This document shows positions 1 through 12,394 of a DNA stretch of 64,000 nt, one piece after another; within the stretch, counting starts at the first letter, position 1, and every line of letters begins with the position of its first letter. Under the pieces are notes generated by a model. The model was given only the letters and a program-made list of their open reading frames with translations, was not told where the DNA came from and did no database searches. Position numbers and translations under genes: made by a program. This DNA is from Heterodontus francisci (Eukaryota): contig NC_090378.1 of assembly GCF_036365525.1 (NCBI RefSeq), positions 116,979,593-117,043,592 of the forward strand, written 5' to 3'.

Positions 1-2505
1 TTTGGTGGACATCCAATCTTTGTTAGTAGCCTGAAGAGACCACGTCTGCTGCCGAGGTCAAAGGCTTTGGTGAGATCAATGAAAGCAACATAGAGGGGCA
101 TCTGTTGTTCACGGCATTTCTCCTGTAGCTGACGAAGGGAGAACAGCATGTCAATGGTCGATCTCTCTGCTCGAAGGCCACACTGTGCCTCAGGTTACAC
201 ACGCTTGGCCAGCTTCTGGAGCCTGTTTAAAGCGACTCGAGCGAAGACTTTCCCCACTATGCTGTGCAGGGAGATTCCACGGTAGTTGTTGCAGTCACCG
301 CGGTCACCCTTGTTCTTATAGAGGGTGATGATATTGGCATCGCGCATGTCCTGTGGTGCTGCTCCCTCGTCCCAGCACAGGCAAAGCAGTTCGTAGAGTG
401 CTGAGAGTTTGGCAGGCTTAGCACTCTTGCTTATTTCAGGGATAATGCCGTCCTTCCCAGGGTCTTTTCCGCTGGCTGGAGAATCAGTGGCATCACTGAG
501 TTCTGATTTTGTTGGCTGTATGTCCAGCTCATCCATGACTGGCAGAGACTGGGCTGCATTGAGGGCGGTCTCAGTGACAACATTCTCCCTGGAGTACAGT
601 TCTAGGTAGTGCTCAACCCAGCGGTCCATTTGCTTGCTTTGGTCAGTGATTGTGTCCCCTGATTTAGATTTGAGGGGGGCGATCTTCTTGATGGTTGGCC
701 CAAAAGCTCTCTTAATGCCATCATACATTCCAATGATGTTTCCGGTGTCAGAGGCCAGCTGAATATGACTGCATAGGTGTTGCCAGTAGTCATTTGCGCA
801 GCGCCTGGCTGTTCTTTGTGCGGTGCTTCTGGCTGTTTTAAGTGCTCCGGATGTTAACTCGCTGGGGGCTTTTTTGTAGTTCAGCAGTGCAATGCGCTTA
901 GTGGCTATGACAGGTTCCAGATCTTCAATGTGAGATTGAAACCAGTCTGCATTCCGCTTCACACGTTTGCCATAGGTGGTCATGGCTGACTCATAGATGG
1001 CGTCTCTGATGTGGGCCCACTTGGTCTCAGCATCCCCTGTGGGAGTGTTTTGAAGGGCTTTTCCAAGTCAATTTAGAAATTTTTGTAACAGCTGTGGATA
1101 AGAAATTCTGCTCGTGTTGATGCGCGGGTGGCCCTTCTGCTTGGAGTGATGCAGCTTCTTTGGTTTGAGTCTAACCTTGCTGCACACCAGGGAGTGGTCG
1201 GTGTCGCAGTCCGCACTGTGGAAGCTGCGTGTGATTTGAACACAGTTTAAGGAGGCTCGCCTTGTGACAATGAGGTCTAGCTGGTGCCAACGACGTGATC
1301 TTGGGTGCCTCCAAGAAACCTGGTGACAGGGTTTAGTATGAAAGAATGAGTTGGTGATGCAAAGGTTATGATAGGTACACAGCTCAAGCAGTCTCTGTCC
1401 ATTCTCATTCATCCTTCCAATGCCATAGCGCCCAAGGCAGGAGGGCTATGAATCATGGTCGGCCCCAACCCTGGCATTAAAGTCCCCCAGCAGGAACAGA
1501 TGTTCGGTATTTGGGATGCTACCAATGATATTATGGAGTTCCTCGTAGAACTGGTCTTTATCTTCATGTGGGGAGCAGAGTGTTGAAGCATAGATGCTGA
1601 GTAGGTGTACTGGACCAGAGGTGGTGAGCAGTCGGATGGACAGTATGCGTTCCGAGCCATTTGAAGGTGGCTCTATCATGCTGAGCAAAGAGTTTCTGAT
1701 GGCGAAGCCCACTCCATGCTGTCTTAGTTCTTCAGGAACCCTACCCTGCCAGAAGAAGGTGTAGTCTTGCTCTGTTAGAGATCTGCTCGCTGGGAGGTGA
1801 GTCTCCTGAAGTGCTGCAATGTCCACATTGAGTCTACTGAGCTCTTTGTTAATGATGGCGGTCTTCCGAGAATCGTTGATTTGTGTAAGGTCTTCTGACA
1901 GGCCAGGACACATAGTTCTGACGTTCCAGCTTGCAAAACGAAGGGCTGGTACCTTCTTTCCTTTTTTCGTGCTGTTTGGTGCAGTGTTGCAGTCCGCTTT
2001 TCGGGCAATAACCCTGAGCTCCAAGCATCCATTGAAGCAGGTGGACTGTGGGGGGACAGAACCTTATTGACTGGGGGCTTCCCGGTTTGAGGCGGGCGGT
2101 AGCTGTCCAGTGAGGTGCGATGACCTCTTCCACCGACAAAGGCAACCCGTGGCGCCCAATCTCTACGCCAATTGAGCTGGACTTATAACCCGTAACTGCT
2201 GCCTTCCGTGTTGTTTCGGTTGCTGTGAGGCGACTATGGAGTGACCTCTCCATGGCGCTTGCCTGGGCGAATATATGGAGGTTGTGAGTTGCCCAAGCGT
2301 CAAAACCCTCCTCTCGGCCTTCTGGTGGGGTCCAAAGGAGTGCAGAGCACGATATTTGGCACCGGTATGGCTGCAGGAACTGCCGGAAACATGCCTAAAG
2401 TGACACATGACCGCCTACGGGGTTCCGCTCCGGATTTTCTGTTAGGGTTTACTGCCTTAGCCTTGGACTCCCCCAAGACGCCAACAAGGCAGTGGGGTTG
2501 TTAGG
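1..2505 (-). mobile_element. RTE-clade non-LTR retrotransposon (5' UTR, APE endonuclease, start of reverse transcriptase), inactivated by in-frame stops; continues beyond the window start
   Basis: ORFs 1446-2024, 1068-1412 and 195-983 share one minus-strand frame. APE motifs: RFASWNVRTM, DIAALQET, HGVGFAI, LLGDFNARVG, NENGQRLLELC, HQLDLIV, DTDHSLV. RT-proximal motifs: NYRGISL, PEAQCG..RSTIDMLFSLRQLQEKCREQQMPLYVAFIDLTKAFD. Single-ORF layout is typical of RTE. The 5' boundary is approximate. Confidence 0.9.
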
Positions 2506-2519
2506 GCCCCTGCTCAGGG

Positions 2520-2770
2520 CGAGGTGGATGCCGGTGGGCGGAGGGTGTGCGAGGGGGAGGGGTGGAGGGAAGGGGGTGCGAGGGGGAGCTGGGAAGGGGG
2601 CTGTAGAGGGGTGGGGGGGTTCAGGGGAAGGGGGTGCAGGAGGAAGATGGTGTAAGGGGGGAGCTGGGAAGGGGTTGCGAGGGGGGAGGGGGTGGGGTAA
2701 GAGGGTGCGGGGGGGGTTGAGCTGGGAGGGGGGAGCTGGGAAGGGGAAGCGGGGGGGTGAAGGGGATGCA
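2520..2770. repeat. G-rich low-complexity tract
   Basis: Many G4-G7 runs with degenerate gggagctgggaagggg units. Confidence 0.75.
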
Positions 2771-2889
2771 GGGAATAAAACATTTCATCAGTTCCCACCA
2801 TCCATGCCGGGAAAGCTCAACCGCGTCCTCCGGGAGGTGGGTGACAGCCTCGGGCGCCAGTACCAGCAGGAATTCGTAGACATTGAGCT

Positions 2890-3095
2890 GACAGTATTGG
2901 AGGCTGCAGGGAGCTGGCAGTATTGTAGGGTACAGGGAGTGGCAGTATTGGAGGGTACAGGGAGTGGCAGTTTTGAAGGGTACAGGGAGTGGCAGTATTG
3001 GGGGGGGAGCAGGGCGCTGGCAGTATTGGAGGGTACAGGGAGTGGCAGTATTGCGGGGGGGGAGCAGGGAGCTGGCAGTATTGGGGGAACAGGGT
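2890..3095. repeat. Short degenerate ~25-bp tandem repeat (gggagtggcagtattggagggtaca)
   Basis: About 8 imperfect copies visible. Confidence 0.7.
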
Positions 3096-3299
3096 CTAAC
3101 AGTCCTGTGAGCCCAGGTATTTTGGATTTAAATATCCTGTTTCATCCACTTTCAAACCTCCCGTTTCCAATTTCTACTGTCTTCCCACCGTCAGCGTTTG
3201 TCTGTCTCTGTTCAGGAGGTGATTGACTGCAAAACAATGAATTTCCAGTATACAATGTTTTCTATCCAATGAAACAGAATAAAATCTATTATTTTACAC

Positions 3300-3830
3300 C
3301 ATTGCTGTCTCTCAGTGTTGTTTGCCAGAATGAGTTCCACATTCTAACCTCTCTCTGGTTAAAAAAGTTGCTCCTGAATTCCCTATTGGATTTAATGTTG
3401 ATTATTGTATGTTCTGATCTCACCCACAATTGGAAGAATCTTCTCAACGTCTACTCTATCAAACCTCTTCATATCCTTAAAGACATTCATGAGGTCACCA
3501 AAGAGCCCCAGCCTGTTTAGCCTTTCCTGATCAGTTTATCCTCTCAGTTCTGGTAAATCTATTTTGCACCTTCTCGACTGGCTCGAGATCCTTTTCAGAA
3601 TATGGAGGCTCGAACCGTTCAGTGTACGTCAAGTGTGGCCTCAACAACATTGTACAGCAGTTCAACAGAAATTCACTGCTTTTCAGTTCGAAGCCTCTAG
3701 AAATAAATCCAGCTGCTTGATTTGCTTTGTTTAAGTCTTTATTCACCTGTGTCACTACTTTTAGTGATTTTTCATATTTTTGCCTCATTGTTCCTCTTAT
3801 CCACAAATCTTCATTGCATTTCTCCAATCA
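3300..3830 (-). mobile_element. Degraded CR1 LINE 3' fragment
   Basis: ORF 3531-3827 (KANQAAGFISRGFELKS..LLRPHL..LEPVEKVQNRFTR) resembles the CR1 ORF2 C-terminus and the CR1 copy at 15087-15419. Confidence 0.75.
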
Positions 3831-3922
3831 GGTTATCAGCCCAGTCACATCACCATAACGGCTGGAACCAGCGACACATGGAATCATCTGTGACTTCAAC
3901 CCTGGAGCATTATCCGTCTTCA

Positions 3923-6890
3923 ACACACACAGACAGTACTGGGTAACGCACCCACATTCAGACACACACCTACAGACAGTACTGGGTGACACACCTACAC
4001 TCAGAGACACACACCTACAGACAGTACTGGGTAACACACCCACATTCAGAGACACTCACCTACAGACAGTACTGGGTAATACACCCACACTCAGAGACAC
4101 ACACCTACAGACAGTACTGGGTGACACACCCACACTCAGAGACACACACCTACAGACAGTACTGGGGAACACACCCACACTCAGAGACACACAACTACAG
4201 ACAGTACTGGGTAACACACCCACACTCAGAGACACACACCTACAGACAGTACTGGGTAATACACCCACACTCAGAGACACACACCTACAGACAGTACTGG
4301 GTAACGCACCCACATTCAGAGACACTCACCTACAGACAGTACTGGGGAACGCACCCACACTCAGAGACACACACCTACAGACAGTACTGGGTAACACACC
4401 CACACTCAGAGACACACACCAACAGACAGTACTGGGTAACACACCCACACTCAGAGACACACACCTACAGACAGTACTGGGTAATACACCCACATTCAGA
4501 GACACTCACCTACAGACAGTACTGGGGAACGCACCCACACTCAGAGACACACACCTACAGACAGTACTGGGTAATGCACCCACACTCAGAGACACACACC
4601 TACAGACAGTACTGGGTGACACACCCACACTCAGAGACACACGCCTACAGACAATACTGGGGAACGCACCCACTCTCAGAGACACACACCTACAGACAGT
4701 ACTGGGTAACACACCCACACTCAGAGACACACACCTACAGACAGTACTGGGGAACGCACCCACTCTCAGAGACACACACCTACAGACAGTACTGGGTAAC
4801 ACACCCACACTCAGAGACACACACCGACAGACAGTACTGGGTAACACACCCACACTCTGAGACACACACCTACAGACAGTACTGGGTAACACACCCACAC
4901 TCTGAGACACACACCTACAGACAGTACTGGGTAACACACCCACACTCAGAGACACACACCTACAGACAGTACTGGGTAACGCACCCACATTCAGAGACAC
5001 TCACCTACAGACAGGACTGGGTAATACACCCACACTCAGAGACACACACCGACAGACAGTACTGGGTAACACACCCACACTCAGAGACACGCACCTACAG
5101 ACAGTACTGGGGAACGCACCCACTCTCAGAGACACACACCAACAGACAGTACTGGGTAACACACCCACACTCAGAGACACACACCTACAGACAGTACTGG
5201 GTAATACACCCACACTCAGAGACACATACCTACAGACAGTACTGGGTAACGCACCCACATTCAGAGACACTCACCTACAGACAGTACTGGGTAATACAAC
5301 CACACTCAGAGACACACACCGACAGACAGTACTGGGTGACACACCTACACTCAGAGACACGCACCTACAGACAGTACTGGGGAACGCACCCACTCTCAGA
5401 GACACTCACCTACAGACAGTACTGGGTAACACATCCACACTCAGAGACACACACCTACAGACAGTACTGGGGAACGCACCCACTCTCAGAGACACACACC
5501 TGCAGACAGTCCTGGGTAACACACCCACACTCAGAGACACTCACCTACAGACAGTACTGGGTAATACACCCACATTCAGAGACACACACCTGCAGACAGT
5601 ACTGGGTAACACACCCACACTCAGAGACACACACCTACAGACAGCACTGGGGAACGCACCCACTCTCAGAGACACACACCTACAGACAGTACTGGGGAAC
5701 GCACCCACTCTCAGAGACACACACCTACAGACAGTCCTGGGTAATACACCCACATTCAGAGACACACACCTACAGACAGTACTGGGTAACACACCCACAC
5801 TCAGAGACACACACTGACAGACAGTACTGGGTAACACACCCACATTCAGAGACACTCACTGACAGACAGTACTGGGTAACACACCCACACTCAGAGACAC
5901 ACACCTACAGACAGTACTGGGTAACACACCCACATTCAGAGACACTCACTGACAGACAGTACTGGGTAACACATCCACACTCAGAGACACGCACCTACAG
6001 ACAGTACTGGGTAACACACCCACACTCAGAGACACACACCTACAGACAGTACTGGGTAATACACCCACACTCAGAGACACACACCTACAGACAGTACTGG
6101 GGAACGCACCCACTCTCAGAGACACACACCTGCAGACAGTCCTGGGTAACACACCCACACTCAGAGACACACACTGACAGACAGTACTGGGTAACACATC
6201 CACACTCAGAGACACGCACCTACAGACAGTACTGGGTAACACACCCACATTCAGAGACACTCACTGACAGACAGTACTGGGTAACACATCCACACTCAGA
6301 GACACGCACCTACAGACAGTACTGGGTAACACACCCACATTCAGAGACACTCACTGACAGACAGTACTGGGTAACACACCCACACTCAGAGACACACACC
6401 TACAGACAGTACTGGGTGACACACCCACACTCAGAGACACACACCTACAGACAGTACTGGGTGACACACCCATACTCAGAGACACACACCTACAGACAGC
6501 ACTGGGTGACACACCCACACTCAGAGACACACACCTACAGACAGTACTGGGTGACACACCCACACTCAGAGACACACACCTACAGACAGTACTGGGTGAC
6601 ACACCCACACTCAGAGACACTCACCTACAGACAGTACTGGGTAACACACCCACACTCAGAGACACACACCTACAGACAGTACTGGGTAACACACCCACAC
6701 TCAGAGACACACACCTACAGACAGTACTGGGTAACACACCCACACTCAGCGACACACACCTACAGACAGTACTGGGTAACACACCCACACTCAGAGACAC
6801 ACACCTACAGACAGTACTGGGTAACACCCCCACACTCAGAGACACTCACCTACAGACAGTACTGGGTAACAGTCACACCCACACTCAGGG
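3923..6890. repeat. 45-bp minisatellite, ~66 copies (acacccacactcagagacacacacctacagacagtactgggtaac)
   Basis: Directly visible tandem unit; 15-aa periodicity in ORF 3986-6913. Confidence 0.97.
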
Positions 6891-7491
6891 TCATGTACAC
6901 AATGATACCCTGACTGCTCCTCTCTCTAAACTGAGACCTCACTTGGTTCAGTTTTGTACTGTTACCATGAGGCATTGGTTAAGGTGGGAGAAATGAACAT
7001 TGTGAGTGTGGCCTCCAGCCCTGAGATTGTCCCAGGCTCATTTCAGGTATTACTCAGCAGTCAGCACAGAGTGCACAGTGCGATCCCACCAGCTGGGGCT
7101 ACACCAACACCTCCAGTGTGAAGAGTGAAGTGTGAATGCTGGGATTGTGATGATTTAATTCCAGCTGCTTTCAGTTTCTGTTTTTAATCTTGTAATCTCA
7201 AGGGATTTGAGCTAAAACTGATCATTTTAATATGATTTACAATTGGCTATGAATCAATTCTGCTTCTGACATGTTATTGATTGACAGGTCAACCAGCCAA
7301 TCATCAGATTCACTTGCTGAAATGCAGCCAATCAGCTGACAGGAAGGTGGGACATTTCCAAAGCACTCCCAAGACATTTACTGAATATTCTTAATGTTTA
7401 TTACCTTTTACTGATTTACATTTACAGAAAAAAGACTTGAATAAACAGCCCAGCGAGAGGTAGCTGGAGAAATTCACAGGGAGAATGGAGG

Positions 7492-7497
7492 TTTATT
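7492..7497 (-). terminator. Probable polyadenylation signal (AATAAA) of the Ig light-chain transcript
   Basis: tttatt on the plus strand, ~500 bp 3' of the C-exon stop codon; the first AATAAA I find after the stop. Confidence 0.6.
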
Positions 7498-7689
7498 AAA
7501 ACAGTTGTGGAGATTTTCTCAATAACATGAGAATCCTGTCGCTTTAAACAGAGACTAAACTTTAAATTGTAACTGCAGGGTGAGCAGGAAGGAGGTCTGG
7601 TTTACTGAGCGGCGAATTCTGAGGTTCACATTATTTTAGCTCAGCTGACAGTCTTCAGCATCTTAGAGAGGTTTTACTTGGCAGCACGA

Positions 7690-7840
7690 GTCTACATTGT
7701 CCAATCAAACACTCCCAGGGCAGGTACAGTACGGGTTAGATACAGAGTAAAGCTCCGTCTACATTGTCCAATCAAATACTCCCAGGGCAGGTACAGTACG
7801 GGTTAGATACAGAGTAAAGCTCCCTCTACACTGTCCCAAT
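7690..7840. repeat. ~2.3 copies of a ~67-bp repeat in the IgL 3' UTR
   Basis: tctacattgtccaatcaaa(c/t)actcccagggcaggtacagtacgggttagatacagagtaaagctcc occurs twice, followed by a partial copy. It resembles a repeat I recognise from shark genomes. Confidence 0.8.
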
Positions 7841-7993
7841 TTCGAGCCTTAACCCCTGATCCTCAGAAGTGTCTCAGACCCAGTCACGAGAAGGAAGAGA
7901 GTTGAAATTCCGTGTTGAAAATGACCTTTATCCTCCCAGCTCACCCCTGTTATATTTAAAGTTGTGTCTCCTCTGCGGACTGTCTCTAACACT

Positions 7994-8322
7994 CTACACA
8001 CATTCTGATCTGCTCACACTCTTACTGAGGGGAGAGGAGAGGGTCTCATGGATCAGGGCACAGGAGAAGCGGGCGTTGGACTCCCAGTCAGAGCCAGAGA
8101 GGGTCAGCAGGCTGCTGACACTGTAGGTGCTATCCGAAGCTCGCAGGTAGTTGCTGGTCTGAACCCCGGCCGAAATGGCTGCACCGTCCTTCTTCCACTC
8201 TACCCCCACTTCATCGGGATAGAAGTGATCGGCAAGGCACACCAGGGTGGCAGTGCCCTTGGCCTTGACCTCCTCCTCCGAGGGGGGCAGCAGGGTCAGT
8301 GTGGGTTGAGACTTCTCTCGGC
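7994..8322 (-). CDS. IGKC: Immunoglobulin light chain kappa (type III/NS4-like) constant exon
   Basis: Acceptor tctttcag|GC at 8323/8322. Translates (S)REKSQPTLTLLPPSEEEVKAKGTATLVCLADHFYPDEVGVEWKKDG...YSVSSLLTLSGSDWESNARFSCALIHETLSSPLSKSVSRSECV*. C1-set Ig domain with both Cys, the core Trp and the penultimate interchain Cys. Stop TAG at 7994-7996. Confidence 0.95.
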
Positions 8323-8354
8323 CTGAAAGAGAAGAGAAAAACTGTTAATCACTG

Positions 8355-8570
8355 CATGTTTGTGTGCTCGGTGTATATATTTGTGTGTTGTGGGTATATG
8401 TGTTCTTTGTGCATTTTTGCATATTCTGTGTATATCTGTGTTTCCTGTGTGTATATTTGTGTGTTGTGTGTGTATTTATGTGTTCTATATATATTTGTGT
8501 GTTCTATAAATATTTATGTATTCTGAGTATATATTTATTTGTTCTGTGTATATGTGTGTGTTCTGTATAT
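8355..8570. repeat. TG/TA-rich low-complexity tract; continues at 9403-9665 on the far side of the LTR-like insert
   Basis: Degenerate tgtg/tata repeats of the same character on both sides of 8571-9402. Confidence 0.75.
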
Positions 8571-9402
8571 TGTTACAAGAGATTTATTTTTGTACTAAAA
8601 TCTTAGAATTCTGTGTGTTTTTAAAAATTGAAAACAGGATTTCCAGTGGACATGGACACCTGCAACTAGCTGAAATTTTTGGATGTTGATTTTGTATACA
8701 AGACTAGGAAAAGCAAACCGTTTCAAGGAAGCCTGCCAAGGGGTTTTTGACCTCCTCAGAGCATCACTTTGAATGACAGTGGATACTCTATGTCTGGTCA
8801 TGTGATTGGCTCAGGAAGGTTTACTGTCACTTCAGACCCTTTTAAAATCCAATGAGTTAGACAAAAAGCAGCCATTTGAAATTTGGTTGCTGATCTGCCT
8901 TGAGATCAAAGTTGAAGACCAAAAAAGACCTCTCTCTGTAAAGGAAACTTGCATCTCTTGAAAAGAAACCCTGTATTTGAAAGGTGGCAGATTCCGATTG
9001 CCTCCTGTCTCTGAAGAATTCCTGCATCCAGCATGGTTCCTGTTGCCTGCTGTGTTTTGGGAAATCCTGGAACCTGAAGAAAGCTTCTACTGCAATACTG
9101 CTGCTGTGAGCCCTCAGCAGACCTGTTGCTACACCCCTGCCAAAAGTCCTGTGTGACGCCTACTGTAGCCGAATTGCCCTGAACGCCGACCCATCACAGA
9201 CTGTTCATCAACTTCTCCTGGAGAGACTTTGAGTGGCATCCGACTATTCAACTCTGGGACACCTCATTCAACTGAAGAACTTCATATCAAGAACGTGACA
9301 AACTGATTTATTTTATTATTCCTTCTATTCCTAAGAAACAGCTGTGACCCGTGAAGAAGTGGGACTGAATTAATATTTATTTCTTCCACCTTGGTCAGAA
9401 CA
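8571..9402. mobile_element. Probable solo LTR (832 bp) in the J-C intron
   Basis: Begins TGTT, ends AACA, flanked by ATAT at 8567-8570 and 9403-9406. It splits one low-complexity tract in two and has no coding capacity. Confidence 0.65.
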
Positions 9403-10777
9403 ATATATATTATTTTGTTCTTCGTGTATTTGTGTGCTCTTTGTGTATTTATGTGTTTCAGTGTATATTTGCATTATCTGTGCATTTTTGTGTTCCATGT
9501 CTATGCTTCTGTGTTCTCTATATATTTTTGTAAATTCTGTGTTCATATTTGTGTGTTCTGTGTGTTTATATTTCTGTGCTGTGTGTTTGTGTATTCTGTG
9601 TTTATTTGTATGTTTTGAGTCTATTTGAGTGGTCTATGTGTATATTCGTCTGTGTCTCTCTGTGGGTGTTTCTACATTGGAATTCACATTGGATAACAGA
9701 CAGCTGGGTTGATGAACTCCTGTTTGTGTTTAACCATTAGAGGTGAGAACCATTAATTCTTGATTTCCTTCTGTTTTGCCTAGCTTGCTAAGTTTAGTCT
9801 AAATATAAATACATTGAATCGTTTGATGTTCAGATGGTTAAATGGTGTTGGACAGTTTTTAAAATCTGTAATGAAGGGTTACCACCAATTCAGCACTGAA
9901 ATGGTTATAGTAAGAGTGTTTAAGTACTCAGTGTCCCTTTAAGACACTGTTAACCTGACAGGAAGCTCGAACTATAGATCAGTCTATCTGGAGGAAACAG
10001 GCTCAGTGTTAACAAATCTCAGATCACACATACACATCGGGAGAACTTTCTCCGGAACACTGGAACAGACTTGTCTCAACACAATTCAGAAATAACAACA
10101 ACCAAAACAGTAACTTGTATTTATATGTTCAGTAATTGCTTTTAAGAATAATGTACCTTTAAGATCTTCGTATGCTAATGAGGTGAGCACCACTATTTGA
10201 GATCTTCAACAGCCAGATCTCCACATACCTCAATAATGTTGCATCAGACAACATAAAAAGCTTCTCATTACATGGTGGCAGCTGTGGTGCATAGCGCCTT
10301 TAATCTCATTAAGCATTTAAAACAGCTCAATGTGCTTCACAGGAGCATTATAAAACAGAAATATGACACTGAGCCACAAATGGAGATAAAGGAGGAAAGT
10401 GAGGTAGATGATGAGCAGATGAGCTGAGCAGGGACACAGTCGTGTGATGTTACTGCGGTGGAAATAGGGGGTCTTAGTGATGGCCGGAACATGAGGTCAG
10501 AAATATGACACCAAGGCTGTGAACAGTCTGGTTTAGTCTCAGACGGGGGGAAGGATGGAGGGATGGAGAAGGGTTGGGTGTCAGTGTAGAAGGTTCTAGA
10601 TGTCATTTAAAACCTTCCTGCCCAGCACTGGGGTGAGGTCAAGGGTGAGGCTATAATTAGTCTCAGTGCACTGGGGTCAGGCAGGGTCACTGCTCCGAAT
10701 GATCCCATGACCCCTGGAAGGTGAGAGTGTGCGGACAATGGGCGAGGGTCAGGATCAGGAGCCTCCAACCTCAAAGA

Positions 10778-11165
10778 AAGACTTGCATTTCTATAGCGCC
10801 TGTCACCACCTCAGCATATCTTCAAGTATTTTACAGCCAACTGTTCACAGTAAGATCCCAGACAGCTGAGTGATACTGAGCAGATAATCTGATTTTCAAT
10901 GATGTTGGTTGAATGATAAACATTGTCCAGAACACCGAGGAGAACTCCCCTGCTCTTCTAATAGTGCAGTGGGATCCTTTACATCCACCTGAGAGGGCAG
11001 ACGTCAGTTTGTCTCATCTGAAAGACAGCACCTCTGACAATGCAGCACTCCCTCAATACTGCACTGCAGTGTCAGCCTGGATTATGTGCTCCAGTCTCTG
11101 GAGTGGGACCTGAAGCCACAACATTCTGACTCAGAAGTGAGAGTGTTACCCACTGAGACAACACT
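10778..11165 (-). mobile_element. Deu-domain SINE (SacSINE1/AmnSINE-like)
   Basis: Minus strand reads a tRNA-like head (ctcagtgggtaacactctcacttctgagtcagaa...), a Deu core (cagtattgagggagtgctgcattgtcagaggtgctgtctttc) and a tail ggcgctatagaaatgcaagtc. Confidence 0.75.
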
Positions 11166-11574
11166 AACACCTCACAGTCGAATAGCCTGCCATTCTCAAC
11201 CTCCCGGCTCACACTTGGAGGAATGAGGCCACTTGGGGAGGGTGGAGCTGTGCCCCAGCCAGAGATAGTGCCTTCAGGAGAGAGATGGAGAGCAGATTGT
11301 GGGAGACCTGTAGTCTAGAGGGGTGACATTTAACCAGTCGATGGCAGGTGCTGAGCCCTTTCCCCGTAAGTATTATGTAAGTCGATGGGGAAAGTGGGAG
11401 GGGCACTAGAGTGACACCTTTGTTGCTGCTGAAACTCTTGCTATCTGCTCAGTCATGTCTAATAAACACACAGACAAATCAGACAAACATTAGTCAGTTT
11501 TCTGTGGATTTTCTGCTGGGTTCAGCTTTAATTAACTGGGGTATTGTGGGAGCTCCCGGTTAATAAAAAGAAAA

Positions 11575-11780
11575 GAAAGACTTGTATTTATATCGAGTAT
11601 TTCACACCTCAGGACCTCCCAAAGTCATTTACAGACAATGAAGGACTTGTTTAAAGAGCAGTCACTGTTGGAATGTAGGAAACGTAGCAGACAATTTGTG
11701 CACAGCAAGATCCCACAAGCAGCAATGAGGTAAATGAGCATTTTTAGCAATGTCGGTTCAGAGATAAATATAGGCCTGAA
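11575..11780 (-). mobile_element. 3' fragment of the same SINE family
   Basis: aaagacttgtatttatatc...cacagcaagatccca parallels 10778-10860. Confidence 0.55.
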
Positions 11781-12306
11781 CTTCACCCAAAGAGAAAGCA
11801 ACTGAGACTCTCCCCAAAACCCTGGAACACTGAAGCCACTGGATTGGGAGCCCTGCTGTCACTGTTTGTCATCAGAACTTTGACAAGAGATAAGCAGGGA
11901 GTGGACAGAGCAGAGTTAAAGCTGGGGGAGGTGGGACCTCGGTGTCTCACTGTGCTGGTGCTGAGATCAGTTATATCAGAGACTGTGACAGAGACCCAGA
12001 GCTCACACTGAGACTGGCAGGAATCTAGTGAGGGATTTCACTCCATGGAGCAGGAATGTGACCACAGTCTGCAAACGTCCAGATCTCCTCTACACACTCG
12101 GTAAAAGTTGGTTACTTATATCTTGCTGGTTAAAGGGGGAATGTAACTAAAGAAATACAGCTGGGCACCCTGTTATACACAGTGCTCTTCAATGAACCAT
12201 TTCATTGACTGCAGCTCCTTACTAACACCTTCCACTATTCAGCATTTGTGTTTTAGAAAGTTTCAGTATTTAAAGGATTAGTAACGGAGGATTGAGGTTT
12301 ACTTAC

Positions 12307-12341
12307 TCAGTCTGAGCTTGGTTCCTTTACCAAACGTTAAC
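12307..12341 (-). CDS. IGKJ: Ig kappa-type J segment (LTFGKGTKLRL-S)
   Basis: G TTA ACG TTT GGT AAA GGA ACC AAG CTC AGA CTG A|gtaagt. FGXG motif and a perfect splice donor. Phase-1 A plus GC of the C exon gives AGC (Ser) in frame. Confidence 0.95.
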
Positions 12342-12380
12342 CACACTGACAGCTTCCAGTGCAGGGGCTGTACAATATCC
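12342..12380 (+). promoter_or_regulatory. 23-bp-spacer recombination signal sequence of J
   Basis: Heptamer CACACTG (12342-12348, 6/7), 23-bp spacer, nonamer ACAATATCC (12372-12380, 7/9 to ACAAAAACC). Confidence 0.92.
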
Positions 12381-12394
12381 TCTGCTCTGTGTTT

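Noticed and set aside
2492-3226. 244-aa Gly-rich ORF
   Set aside because: Product of G-rich low-complexity sequence and a short tandem repeat.
3986-6913. 975-aa His/Thr-rich ORF
   Set aside because: Translation of a 45-bp (multiple of 3) minisatellite. No unique domain, real start codon or splice context.
8323-12306. Additional J segments or a second C exon
   Set aside because: No other FGXG motif with an RSS and splice donor was seen by eye. A single J fits the cluster organisation.
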